DNA from: Candidatus Obscuribacterales bacterium
GTDB lineage: Bacteria > Cyanobacteriota > Vampirovibrionia > Obscuribacterales > Obscuribacteraceae
Length of the DNA stretch: 64,000 nucleotides
Assembly: GCA_965228855.1 (NCBI GenBank)
Contig: CBDDIJ010000005.1
Span: 416,001-480,000, forward strand
Direction of reading: 5' to 3'
Shown piece by piece: positions 47,825 through 57,176 of this stretch (position 1 is its first letter; each line of letters begins with the position of its first letter). The translations under genes and the position numbers were made by a program. The notes beneath the pieces were generated by a model that was not told where the DNA came from, did no database searches, and saw only the letters and a program-made list of their open reading frames with translations.

Positions 47825-50794
47825 ATGTACAAACTGTCATTCAAACTTTCCCCTCTGGGCATTGTTGCGCCGCTCATCTTTGCGGCAGCGGCGATTATGT
47901 TGCCGCAGCAGCCGATGCTGGCGGGAGGAAATTCGTTCCACATCAGCGTTTTATTCGTCACATTAATCGGTGTTGCACTGATTGGCTCGCTGATACTTTA
48001 CGATAGGGCATCCAAAATTCAGAAGTATCAGGCAGCGCTTTCGATTTTCGCTTTTGCATCGCTGTACGGACTTCTCGGCAATTTGTTCTACAATTTCTGG
48101 AAGTTTTCTCCAGGCATGATGGTCGAGTTCAGCTGGGCTCAGCTGGTGATAATGAATCTCGGCGGTCTTGGAACGACTTTTGCTTTGTTCAAATTGGAAC
48201 CTTTCGATAACTTCGCATCCGGCGGGTTGGAAAGACTTCAAAAAGGCAAGGTCGCCGAATCCGGTCCACAAGAACCGGTGCCGACCGGGACGATACCGTC
48301 TGCTCTTCAAGACGCAGAGTCGGCTGAAGACTTCATGAAGTCCAAAGTAGGTGGGCTTCGCGGTTTGACATCGTCGAAGACGGATATGCAGGCGGTCGTG
48401 CCCCCGGCTGAAACTGTCACCAATCGCAAGACTCCAAGCAGTGTCGAAAGTGCGCAAGCGATAATGACACCGCCCGTAGAGATCGACCTCGACGCCTCTG
48501 ATGAGATGCTGTCGGGTCCGCTCAACCCTTCTCCTAACGCTCCGGCAGCTCGCACAGGTCCAGCACCCGGAGGTCCCTCCGACGCAAAGAATTCTGCGAC
48601 CAACAGCCGTTTGCAAGCGCAAAAGCGTCGAAACACAAGCACGTTTACCAAACTGCAAGCGCTATCGGCCAGCGGAACCGGTTCGTTGAAACCGACGCCG
48701 ATTCAAGACACCACAGGTGGTGGTGACCTGAGAAGCCTGCTCGACAGACTTGATACCGAAGATGAAAGCACGGACTACGAGGCACTTCCAAAACCTGAAG
48801 AGATTCGCATCGCCGTCCTCTTCTCCGAAGTTACGGACAAACCGAAGAGTGCCGAATCCACTAAGCCACAGCCGGCAGCATCGAGGCCGCAACCACTGGC
48901 ACAACCAGCCCGACCGGCAGCTAAAGACTCTCCTGCTCGCCCGGGTACGACACAGTCGACACCGGCCCGCCCCGCACCAGGCACCGCTGGTGGTGGCAAG
49001 GAAGAACGCCCCGTCGGCGGCTTAGCTGCGAAAATGGCAGAAAAGAGACAGCAGACTCCGGCGCCTACGGGCAACTCACCCGACCTCCTCAGCCTCCTGG
49101 ACAGAGCAGAAGCGCTAGCCGACGACGACGACGAGAAAAAGGAAGTTCCGGAAGTAACTGAATTCGAAGCAGCTCCTGCAAAACCGGACAAAACCGCTCC
49201 GGCTGCCAGTGCACCGGAATCGAAATCGGCAGAGAAAACGTCCAACGAAGATGCAGGCGGTTTACTGTCCAGAAGATTCATGGAGATGTCCGAGGACGAA
49301 GAGGAGGAGGAGGCGCCCGCTCCAACCGCGAGCGAACCGCTCATCGAATCGCCACCTGAGCCAGAACCACAGGAAGAAGAAGAGAAGGTATTCGCCGAGA
49401 ATGTCGACTCTGAAATCGACGACATTTTCACGTCACTGGCACCGGCAGAAAGCCAACGCGAAGTCTCACACGAAGCCGAAGTCGAAGTCGAAGCAGGTTC
49501 TGAAGAAGAATCAGAGGTAGCGCCAGCCGCTCCCGAAGAGGAAGCGCCGCAGCCAGAACCAATCGCAGAGGAAGAACCAGAAGCTTCGGAACAACCAGCT
49601 GAACCATCGGAAGATGAAGACGGCGACCGTGAAACATTGTTCGGAGACAATGTCGACGGAGACGTAGACGACCTCTTCTCGAACCTGGCTCCAGCCGAGG
49701 CTCAGATGAATGTCGGAGACAGACCTCTAAAATCTCAGACCGAGGAAGAAGCCGAAGATAAGCAAGAGGAGCCAGTCGAGGAGGAAGCCCCAGCGGCGCC
49801 TGAGGAAGTTGACCAGGAAGCTACCGGCGACTTCGTCATGCCTACCGATAAAGACGAAGAGCCGGCTGAGGAACAGTCATCAGAAGAAGACGGAGACTCT
49901 CTGTTTGCACTCGGAGACTCCGATGTAGACGATATCTTCGCGGGTATTGCCGGTGAACAACTGGACGTGAACGCCGAGACCTTGAAAAAGGTCAAAGAGG
50001 GCGAGAAACCAGAACCACCGATGCCTACTTCTTTGGTCGAGACAGGTGATCGCATACCGGTCATCTCTGCGGAACCGAAGAGCGCAAAACAAACCGGCGA
50101 CATGCCTGCCATGTCGAAAGAGCAGGCCGCAAAGATCAAAGATGACATAGAGAAGCAAGCCACTGAAGATGAGGACTCCGAAGAGGAAGAAAGCGTCGAA
50201 GCAGAAGCCGCTCCTGTGTCCCCTGAGAAGGCGAAACTGCAGAAGGAGCTAAAAGAGTTCGGCACGCTTTCGACACGCTCTGCAAAGGCTCCCAAAGCTC
50301 AGGGCGAAAGCGTCGGAACAATGAAGACGATCGGAAAACTTCTGATCGATAACCAGGCAATAGAAAACATCATTAAAGCCGGCGAACAACGTAAGCTAGG
50401 GCAGAATCTGTCGACCGCCCGGATCATCAGCTCGGCACGCGGTCAGGGCATCATGGAATTGCTCCACAAAATCGATCAATACGAGGGTGTGTTCGGCAGC
50501 ATCATCGTCGGTCATGATGGACTGGTCATGGCGTCCACACTCAAGGAAGGTTGGGACAAGGACATCATGGGTGCCCTGTCGACTGCCCTTCTATCAACAA
50601 GCAACCTGACCACCAAGAAATTGGAAATTGGAAAACTTCGTCAGATGGTCATGCTAACGAAGGACGGCGATAAGGAGAAGACAACCATCCTCACCGATGT
50701 CGACGTCGGCATTCTCGCAGTTTTTGTGGAGGAAACAGACATCTCCAAAATCGACGGAATGCTCGATACCATCCACAAAACCATTCATGGATAA
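47825..50794 (+). CDS. Membrane-anchored acidic low-complexity protein with C-terminal Roadblock/LC7 (MglB-like) domain
   Basis: About four N-terminal TMs, a long Pro/Glu/Asp-rich region, then EGVFGSIIVGHDGLVMAS...IGKLRQM (Roadblock signature). Confidence 0.8.
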   Translation: MYKLSFKLSPLGIVAPLIFAAAAIMLPQQPMLAGGNSFHISVLFVTLIGVALIGSLILYDRASKIQKYQAALSIFAFASLYGLLGNLFYNFWKFSPGMMVEFSWAQLVIMNLGGLGTTFALFKLEPFDNFASGGLERLQKGKVAESGPQEPVPTGTIPSALQDAESAEDFMKSKVGGLRGLTSSKTDMQAVVPPAETVTNRKTPSSVESAQAIMTPPVEIDLDASDEMLSGPLNPSPNAPAARTGPAPGGPSDAKNSATNSRLQAQKRRNTSTFTKLQALSASGTGSLKPTPIQDTTGGGDLRSLLDRLDTEDESTDYEALPKPEEIRIAVLFSEVTDKPKSAESTKPQPAASRPQPLAQPARPAAKDSPARPGTTQSTPARPAPGTAGGGKEERPVGGLAAKMAEKRQQTPAPTGNSPDLLSLLDRAEALADDDDEKKEVPEVTEFEAAPAKPDKTAPAASAPESKSAEKTSNEDAGGLLSRRFMEMSEDEEEEEAPAPTASEPLIESPPEPEPQEEEEKVFAENVDSEIDDIFTSLAPAESQREVSHEAEVEVEAGSEEESEVAPAAPEEEAPQPEPIAEEEPEASEQPAEPSEDEDGDRETLFGDNVDGDVDDLFSNLAPAEAQMNVGDRPLKSQTEEEAEDKQEEPVEEEAPAAPEEVDQEATGDFVMPTDKDEEPAEEQSSEEDGDSLFALGDSDVDDIFAGIAGEQLDVNAETLKKVKEGEKPEPPMPTSLVETGDRIPVISAEPKSAKQTGDMPAMSKEQAAKIKDDIEKQATEDEDSEEEESVEAEAAPVSPEKAKLQKELKEFGTLSTRSAKAPKAQGESVGTMKTIGKLLIDNQAIENIIKAGEQRKLGQNLSTARIISSARGQGIMELLHKIDQYEGVFGSIIVGHDGLVMASTLKEGWDKDIMGALSTALLSTSNLTTKKLEIGKLRQMVMLTKDGDKEKTTILTDVDVGILAVFVEETDISKIDGMLDTIHKTIHG

Positions 50795-50800
50795 CTGAAG

Positions 50801-50831
50801 AAACCGGACTTGCCAGTCAAGTCCGGTTTTT
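50801..50831. terminator. Terminator between convergent genes
   Basis: Perfect 12-bp inverted repeat AAACCGGACTTG-CCAGT-CAAGTCCGGTTT. Confidence 0.85.
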
Positions 50832-50845
50832 ACTTTGCCCAACCG

Positions 50846-52951
50846 CTACTTGCTGGGTCCGGCCTTATCCAGCGCATCTAAAACCATCTTCTGATTTATA
50901 ACTTCGGGAAGAACAATGTGTTCTTTCGGGTGTCCTGCAGGGATAACCACATATAGTGGCACTCCTGATCGACCGAATCGATTCAAGATTTTCGAAATAT
51001 CCGGATCCTGCGTTGTCCAGTCAGCCTGCATCGTCTCGACCTTAAGCTCGCGGAATTTGTTTTTGACCTCGGCAGTGTTCAAAAACAGTTTCTCATTCGA
51101 CTTACACGTCAAACACCAATCGGCTGTGAAGTCCAGAAAAATAGTTTTGTTTTGACCGACCGCATCTTTCAGAGATGTGATTGAAAACGGCTTCCAGTCA
51201 ATACCTTCGGAATTCGAGTTTTGAGCAGTCGCCGCTTTGGAAGAAACACCACCCAGAGAAAGAGCTATCGACGGCTGATTGACGATGAAGAAATAGCCAC
51301 CTGCAATTGCGATTACACCGGCAATTGACCAGACTTTGATCTTGCGTTCGTTGGAGCTTGTCAGATCGGTGTATCTACTGATTATCCAACAGGCGAGAGC
51401 AACCGTTAGAAGGAAGTACGATACCCACATCTGCCCTTCCGGACCGACTTGTTGACCGAGAACGAAGAGCAGCCAAACAACAGTCGCCATCAGGACGAAA
51501 CCCATAGATTCTTTGAATTTCTCCATCCAGACACCAGGTCGCGGACAGAACTTCATGAGCTGAGGGAAGGCAGTGAACAACAGGTAAGGCAGAGACATCC
51601 CCAGCCCACTCATGAAGAAGATCCCAAACACGACCCAGGCAGGCTGAGCAAAGGCGAAACCGAGCGCGGTGCCGAGAAACGGAGCGGTGCATGGAGTTGA
51701 AAGCGTCGTGGCGAGAACACCCTTGAAAAAGGTTCCAACAAACCCTTCCCTGGAAGCCAGCTTATCAAGCCCATCTTGACCTGCATTGAAAGAGACGTAA
51801 AACAATCCGAACAGGCTAAGTGCTAGTAAGAGGACGATGGTGCTCATCAAAATTACAAAACCAGGATATTGAAATTGAAACCCCCAGCCGACTGATTGTC
51901 CCGCCGCCCTGATACCAAGAACAATGGCTGCCAGAGCCAGAAAGGAGGACATGATGCCTGCGGAAAACGTAAGACCGAGAAGTCGAACTCGAGCGGGTTC
52001 TTCATCAGCCTGCTCGATGAAGCTCATAACCTTTATTGCAATAACAGGTAGAACGCACGGCATCACATTGAGTATCAATCCGCCCAGCAGCGCAAACCCC
52101 AGGTAATAGCCAACGCCCTCGGCAGTGCCTTCTTCACCCTTCTTACCGAAAATCTCATCAAGAGTCGAATCGGTGGCTCCCCCCGCTGCAGCATCACCGG
52201 CGGTGGCGGGCGTACCGGGCCCGTTTTCAGAACTCGCGACAAGCGGAGTAACTTCGTGACCGCTCTCATCGGACAACTTCGTTACATCACCGGTCCAGCC
52301 GACTGAGGAAAATTGTGACGCGTTCGCCTTATCCGGCTGCGCATCGGAAACCGGCACGTCAGTAGTTATGCTGGCCTTGCCAGGCAAACAAATTTCCTTG
52401 CAGGACAACCAGCTCAACGAAGCATCGATCTTTACCGGCTGGTCTTTCGGCAAGTCAGCGGGCGCAGTCACTTTGGTCGCGATAAACGTTTTACTCGCAT
52501 ATCCGTACGTGGTTATCCCGGAGTCCACGAATTTGTGCGGCTTCTCCCAGAGCAAATCGCCATGAGTAAATCCCGGCGGCAATTTCCACTCAATCGACGT
52601 CGGCATGCCGGCGTCACCGCATTCCTTGTAATAGATGTGCCAGCCGGGTTCGATATCAAATGCGACCCCGAGCAGAAACTCGCTTCCCGGTTTAATCGTC
52701 TTACTCTCGGTGACCAGATGCGCACGAACATGAACCTCTTCGGCAGCCAGTGCTGCCGAATTGCTCTGAAACACCGCAATTTCTGCCCCGCCAGGAGTGC
52801 GGAGCACGAGTGGAAAAATGAACGAACAGCAGATGGTCATTGCCAGGGCCAGCACCGCTGGTAGTGCCACAACTCGATTGAATTTGAATAAACCGGAAGC
52901 ATTTCCGTCCACAGACGGCGGCTTAGCAAGAGTCATTTCCGTTTTCCTCAC
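50846..52951 (-). CDS. dsbD: Thiol:disulfide interchange protein DsbD
   Basis: N-domain PGWHIY...CKEIC, TM domain LNVMPCVLP and TPCTAPF, thioredoxin domain TADWCLTCK...GVP. Confidence 0.92.
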   Translation of the reverse strand: MRKTEMTLAKPPSVDGNASGLFKFNRVVALPAVLALAMTICCSFIFPLVLRTPGGAEIAVFQSNSAALAAEEVHVRAHLVTESKTIKPGSEFLLGVAFDIEPGWHIYYKECGDAGMPTSIEWKLPPGFTHGDLLWEKPHKFVDSGITTYGYASKTFIATKVTAPADLPKDQPVKIDASLSWLSCKEICLPGKASITTDVPVSDAQPDKANASQFSSVGWTGDVTKLSDESGHEVTPLVASSENGPGTPATAGDAAAGGATDSTLDEIFGKKGEEGTAEGVGYYLGFALLGGLILNVMPCVLPVIAIKVMSFIEQADEEPARVRLLGLTFSAGIMSSFLALAAIVLGIRAAGQSVGWGFQFQYPGFVILMSTIVLLLALSLFGLFYVSFNAGQDGLDKLASREGFVGTFFKGVLATTLSTPCTAPFLGTALGFAFAQPAWVVFGIFFMSGLGMSLPYLLFTAFPQLMKFCPRPGVWMEKFKESMGFVLMATVVWLLFVLGQQVGPEGQMWVSYFLLTVALACWIISRYTDLTSSNERKIKVWSIAGVIAIAGGYFFIVNQPSIALSLGGVSSKAATAQNSNSEGIDWKPFSITSLKDAVGQNKTIFLDFTADWCLTCKSNEKLFLNTAEVKNKFRELKVETMQADWTTQDPDISKILNRFGRSGVPLYVVIPAGHPKEHIVLPEVINQKMVLDALDKAGPSK

Positions 52952-53012
52952 GTGGTTGTCTGTCCGGAATCAAGTTCTATGGTTGTTTTAGTACTTTGAT
53001 GTTAGGAGATTG

Positions 53013-54431
53013 TTATTGCGAAGTTGATTTTTTAGTCAGTGCATTCTCGGCGGCAATATCAGCATACACGTATGCACTCTTGCGCGGTTGGCGCTTCTGA
53101 TCCGGATAACTGACCCGCACCAGACCGAAGCGCTGCTGCAGACCCTCGGCCCACTCGAAATTATCAAGAAGCGACCAGTGCAAATATCCTCGGACAGGCG
53201 AACCGGCCCGAATTGCCTCATGAATAGCTTCCAGATGCTGTGTCATGTACTCGACGCGCTCCACATCTTCGAGAGACCAATCGCCTTCTACGAGCTGGCT
53301 TTCGAAACACTCGGCATAACCGTTTTCCGTAATGTAAATCTCGCGAGTCTTACCAGAAGAACTCTTCAAGTAAGGTTTAACGTCATGGGTGAGAATTTGA
53401 TACAGACCCTCAGGGTATGTTTCCCAACCGAGCGCATTCGTTTTCAAAAGCGGTTTCGGCGACGCTTCGCCAAACAAATCCGGCGGCCAGGACGGTTTGA
53501 AACGCGAAATCTCCCTTGTGTAGTAGTTGATACCAAGGTAATCGATGCTGTCTTTGAGGCCGGGTATCGGTCCTTCAAGTTCCCGAATTTCTTTGAAGAA
53601 CGACAGTGGCGGCGGCAAACTGTAAACACCTGATTGAATGCTCGCCGGGAAAAGATGATTGAAAACGTTATCTCGAACCATACAGACCATGTGATCCAGC
53701 GGACTTAGCGGCTTCTCCGGCGAAAAGGGTCGCCAGTGATTCGTGTAACTGACCTGTGCCTCCGGATAGCTCGCTTTGATCGCGTTGTAAGCGTGCACGT
53801 GCCCGACCAGCATGTTCTTTATCGTTTTGAACGCAGAAAGATAGTCGCTCACGTGCCCCGGCGTCCACTGACCGCTCACATAACTTTGATAGGCATACGC
53901 CATGGGTTCGTTGATGGTTAGCCAGAAATCGACTTTGTCGCCAAGAGCCTCCACAACCTTTTGCGTGAAGATGCCGAACTGCTCCGCTGCAACCGGGCTC
54001 GTCCAGCCGCCTCTGGCCGCTACCCAGGTCGGCAGGCAGAAGTGGAACAAAGTCACAAAGGTTTTGATCCCACGCGCTTGCAAGTCTGTGAGCAGCTTTC
54101 GATAGTATTCGACAGCCTCAGGGTCAAGCTCCTGACTCGTGGACTCGCCTCCCGGCTCATCCTTCAATATTGCAGGCCAGTTGATGCTTATGCGAAACGC
54201 GTTCAACTTGAGCGCTTCAAGCAGATCGATATCGTCCGGATATCTATTAACAAAATCACACGCAAATTCAGCAGTGCTGCCGTCCACAATCTTGGCCGGC
54301 ATTGACATCCAGGATGACCAATCGGACAACTGGGCCTGCATCTCAGCAGAATACCCCTCAATCTGGAAATGTGAGGTCGCAGCCCCCCAGAGGAAGCCGT
54401 TCGGAAACGTCAATTTGCTTGCTTTACTCAA
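53013..54431 (-). CDS. Family 1 glycoside hydrolase (beta-glucosidase-like)
   Basis: FLWGAATSHFQIEG, TLFHF, TINEP (acid/base), ITENG (nucleophile), WSLLDNFEWAEG. Confidence 0.95.
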   Translation of the reverse strand: MSKASKLTFPNGFLWGAATSHFQIEGYSAEMQAQLSDWSSWMSMPAKIVDGSTAEFACDFVNRYPDDIDLLEALKLNAFRISINWPAILKDEPGGESTSQELDPEAVEYYRKLLTDLQARGIKTFVTLFHFCLPTWVAARGGWTSPVAAEQFGIFTQKVVEALGDKVDFWLTINEPMAYAYQSYVSGQWTPGHVSDYLSAFKTIKNMLVGHVHAYNAIKASYPEAQVSYTNHWRPFSPEKPLSPLDHMVCMVRDNVFNHLFPASIQSGVYSLPPPLSFFKEIRELEGPIPGLKDSIDYLGINYYTREISRFKPSWPPDLFGEASPKPLLKTNALGWETYPEGLYQILTHDVKPYLKSSSGKTREIYITENGYAECFESQLVEGDWSLEDVERVEYMTQHLEAIHEAIRAGSPVRGYLHWSLLDNFEWAEGLQQRFGLVRVSYPDQKRQPRKSAYVYADIAAENALTKKSTSQ

Positions 54432-54543
54432 TTTCGTTGGAGGTCGATGAACCAGACTATCTTAAGGCTTACGAGACTAGCATTTACCCATCGTTATAAC
54501 CTAAAACAACAAAAAGTTTTCTCGCGCACATGACCGGTATCAT

Positions 54544-57168
54544 GTGTCTAAATCCATCCTCGGACTTTCCTCCATGTCCTCAGACGTGCTTACACGACCG
54601 CCAGCAAGCCGCAGCGCTCGACCTTTTTCGCTTTACGAGTGGCTTATCTGGTTAAACGATCACAATTCAGCCGCCATCGCGTTACTGCTGGTCGTAAATT
54701 TAGCTTGCCACTGGCAAACCCTTGGCGGCTACTTCCTCGCCGACGATTTCGTCCATGTAGCCTGGCTACAGGAGGTTTTCAACGGTCATCCGGACCTTTT
54801 GTTGAAAAACTTTTACTCAACTTGGTTACAAACAGAAGGAACGAACTTTTATCGCCCCTTTATATCGGTGACCCTCGCTTTCGACCGCGCCCTGTTCGGA
54901 TTCAGCCCACTCGGCTATCACATCACAAACTTTATCTATCAATGTCTGTCGACGATCGGTCTTTTCCTTGTTGTAAAAGAGTGCACATTCTTGTTTCGCC
55001 AGAATAGCGAAAAACCGGTTGCTGAGACTGGTTTTGACGACGAAAGTTTTTACGCTTCGACACTCTTGCCCCTGCTGTCGGCCATGCTGTTTGCAGTTCA
55101 CCCCCTGCACGCAGAGGTCGTGAGCTGGATAATAGCGCGCGTGGACAGTGTCTGCTGCGCTTTCTACTTACTATCAATGTGGCTCTTCTTGAAGTCGAGG
55201 AGAACCGTCGACGCAAAAAAAATACGTTATACAGTGCTCGCGTATACCTGCTTTGTCATCAGCTTGATTTCAAAGGAGATGGCGGTAACTTTACCTCCGG
55301 CACTGGTATTACTTATGGTGCTCTTTCCCAGCACTAACGAGGACGGAAAACAACCTGGCTTTTTTGCATCCATACCGAAAGCATTTGCGGCAACATGGCA
55401 GTTGTGGCTGATTTTAGTGATTTATGCGGTTGGGAGAACACTCGCACTGGGCTCAGTCACAGGCGGGTATCAAGGTTCAATAGGTGAAGGACTTTCCGAG
55501 TCGACACTGTCCAGAATATTCTCATTCGCCTCGACGCAACGAGTGATCTTTCCTTTGAACGCGGAAGTTTTCGACCCAATCAAAAGAATTGTGAGACCGC
55601 TATCCATACTGTACGGCATCACTTTGACGCTCTTCCTGGCGCGTTTCTTCTATAGCCAAAACAAGCTGCTCATATTAAAAACTATCGCATTTGCGGCACT
55701 CTGGTTTCTCCTCGTGATGATACCGACGATACCGGTATGGAATCTCACGGAGTCGTTACAGGGCTCCAGGTTTATCTACGTGGGAACAGCTCCGTTATGC
55801 CTCCTGATCGCAGCCCTTTTAGCTCCTATGTGGAACTTTGGAAAGGGAGAGGCCGCAGCCCGAAAATCTCCTGTATCACCGCCGATGGTGGCACTCAGCG
55901 CTCTCTCATCGGTTACGGCTCTTTCAATCGTTGCCTTCTACGGTTACATAGCATTCGGAAATAATTCAGCCTGGGTTCAAGCCGGGTCAGAGCTGCGCTC
56001 GCTTCGAGACGCGCTGGACAAGCAAGTAAAGAACGTTCCACCCACTGACGACGTAGCTTTACTGAATTTACCGCATAAATATAAGGGCGCTCACATGCTC
56101 TATAACGCGGCAACTCTCTCAGTTCTTCTAGCGCCACCGTTGAACGAATCCAACATCTTCCGACGAGTGCGAACTTTTGAACCGGTTCTATTCGGTGATG
56201 ATGACCTGATTAGAATTTCCAGAGTGCGACGGCTGCTCTTACCGCCAGCGAAAACGCATTTTGTTTTCTGGGACCGCGAAGATGAAAAATTGGTTCCAAT
56301 CGAGCTGAAGACTGCAGATTCTGAAATCAAACTAGACCAAAAATGTCAGGAACTAAAGCCAATCGACATTGATGCCCGAGGAAATCCACTTTTAAAACTG
56401 GCCGAAAAGAATATTTCGGACAGAGGGAAAGTCCCACCAATCGGCGGTCATCGAGTCCCATACGCCGTCCGGCTACTGACACCAGCGCTGGATATTCAGC
56501 CAACAGCCGTAGACTTTCTCGACATTTGTCTGTCTGCAACAAGCAATGACGGCGGCACCGCCGGCGGTTCCATTCCAGTCGTCGTGCGATGGTCCGGCGC
56601 TGTTTCTTTAGAGTCAAACGATGCGCAGAACCTGATAACGACCGTTCCTTCCGACGGGAAGCTTTACAGAATGCGCATACACGTATCAGAGCATAAGAAG
56701 TGGCTGAGCCGAGGAGAGATCCATCGCGTCGCAATCGAATCGCCACTGCCCGGAGCAAGCGTTACAGTCCAGGGAGTCTCCTTGGTGAGCGGCTCGGACT
56801 GTATACCGGTTCTGGAAACCGCCGGCAACTTTAGCGAGGACGAAAGCGGCGTAACCCGCGCCGGCGGAAAGATCGGGAGATTTTCATTCGACGCGACGAA
56901 AGTCGGTGGAGCGACAAAAACATTATTTGAAATTTCTAAGCCTGATGCCTGGTTTGAGCACTATAGCAACACTTACCGAGATGCCAGTGCCTGTCCGAAA
57001 GCCCTTAAAACCTGGATTAGAAACGACTTGCACGAAGTGGGACAGGAATTTAGCTTGAAAGATCTCGGAGGAGCCGGATTTTACGAATTAAGAATGGCAG
57101 CGGTAGGACATGAGGGAGAAGTAGTAGGCTATTTCTCCGACCCGATTATGTTTCAACTAAGCCACTGA
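54544..57168 (+). CDS. GT-C-type membrane glycosyltransferase (TMTC/PMT-like) with a C-terminal extracytoplasmic domain
   Basis: FLADDF after TM1, YRP, GYHITN, LFAVHPLHAEVVSWI..R, SKE, RFIY. The start may instead be ATG 54574. Confidence 0.75.
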   Translation: MSKSILGLSSMSSDVLTRPPASRSARPFSLYEWLIWLNDHNSAAIALLLVVNLACHWQTLGGYFLADDFVHVAWLQEVFNGHPDLLLKNFYSTWLQTEGTNFYRPFISVTLAFDRALFGFSPLGYHITNFIYQCLSTIGLFLVVKECTFLFRQNSEKPVAETGFDDESFYASTLLPLLSAMLFAVHPLHAEVVSWIIARVDSVCCAFYLLSMWLFLKSRRTVDAKKIRYTVLAYTCFVISLISKEMAVTLPPALVLLMVLFPSTNEDGKQPGFFASIPKAFAATWQLWLILVIYAVGRTLALGSVTGGYQGSIGEGLSESTLSRIFSFASTQRVIFPLNAEVFDPIKRIVRPLSILYGITLTLFLARFFYSQNKLLILKTIAFAALWFLLVMIPTIPVWNLTESLQGSRFIYVGTAPLCLLIAALLAPMWNFGKGEAAARKSPVSPPMVALSALSSVTALSIVAFYGYIAFGNNSAWVQAGSELRSLRDALDKQVKNVPPTDDVALLNLPHKYKGAHMLYNAATLSVLLAPPLNESNIFRRVRTFEPVLFGDDDLIRISRVRRLLLPPAKTHFVFWDREDEKLVPIELKTADSEIKLDQKCQELKPIDIDARGNPLLKLAEKNISDRGKVPPIGGHRVPYAVRLLTPALDIQPTAVDFLDICLSATSNDGGTAGGSIPVVVRWSGAVSLESNDAQNLITTVPSDGKLYRMRIHVSEHKKWLSRGEIHRVAIESPLPGASVTVQGVSLVSGSDCIPVLETAGNFSEDESGVTRAGGKIGRFSFDATKVGGATKTLFEISKPDAWFEHYSNTYRDASACPKALKTWIRNDLHEVGQEFSLKDLGGAGFYELRMAAVGHEGEVVGYFSDPIMFQLSH

Positions 57169-57176
57169 GAAGCAGC

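Noticed and set aside
48775..50295. Ser-rich antisense ORFs
   Set aside because: They mirror the Glu/Asp codons of the acidic Roadblock protein.
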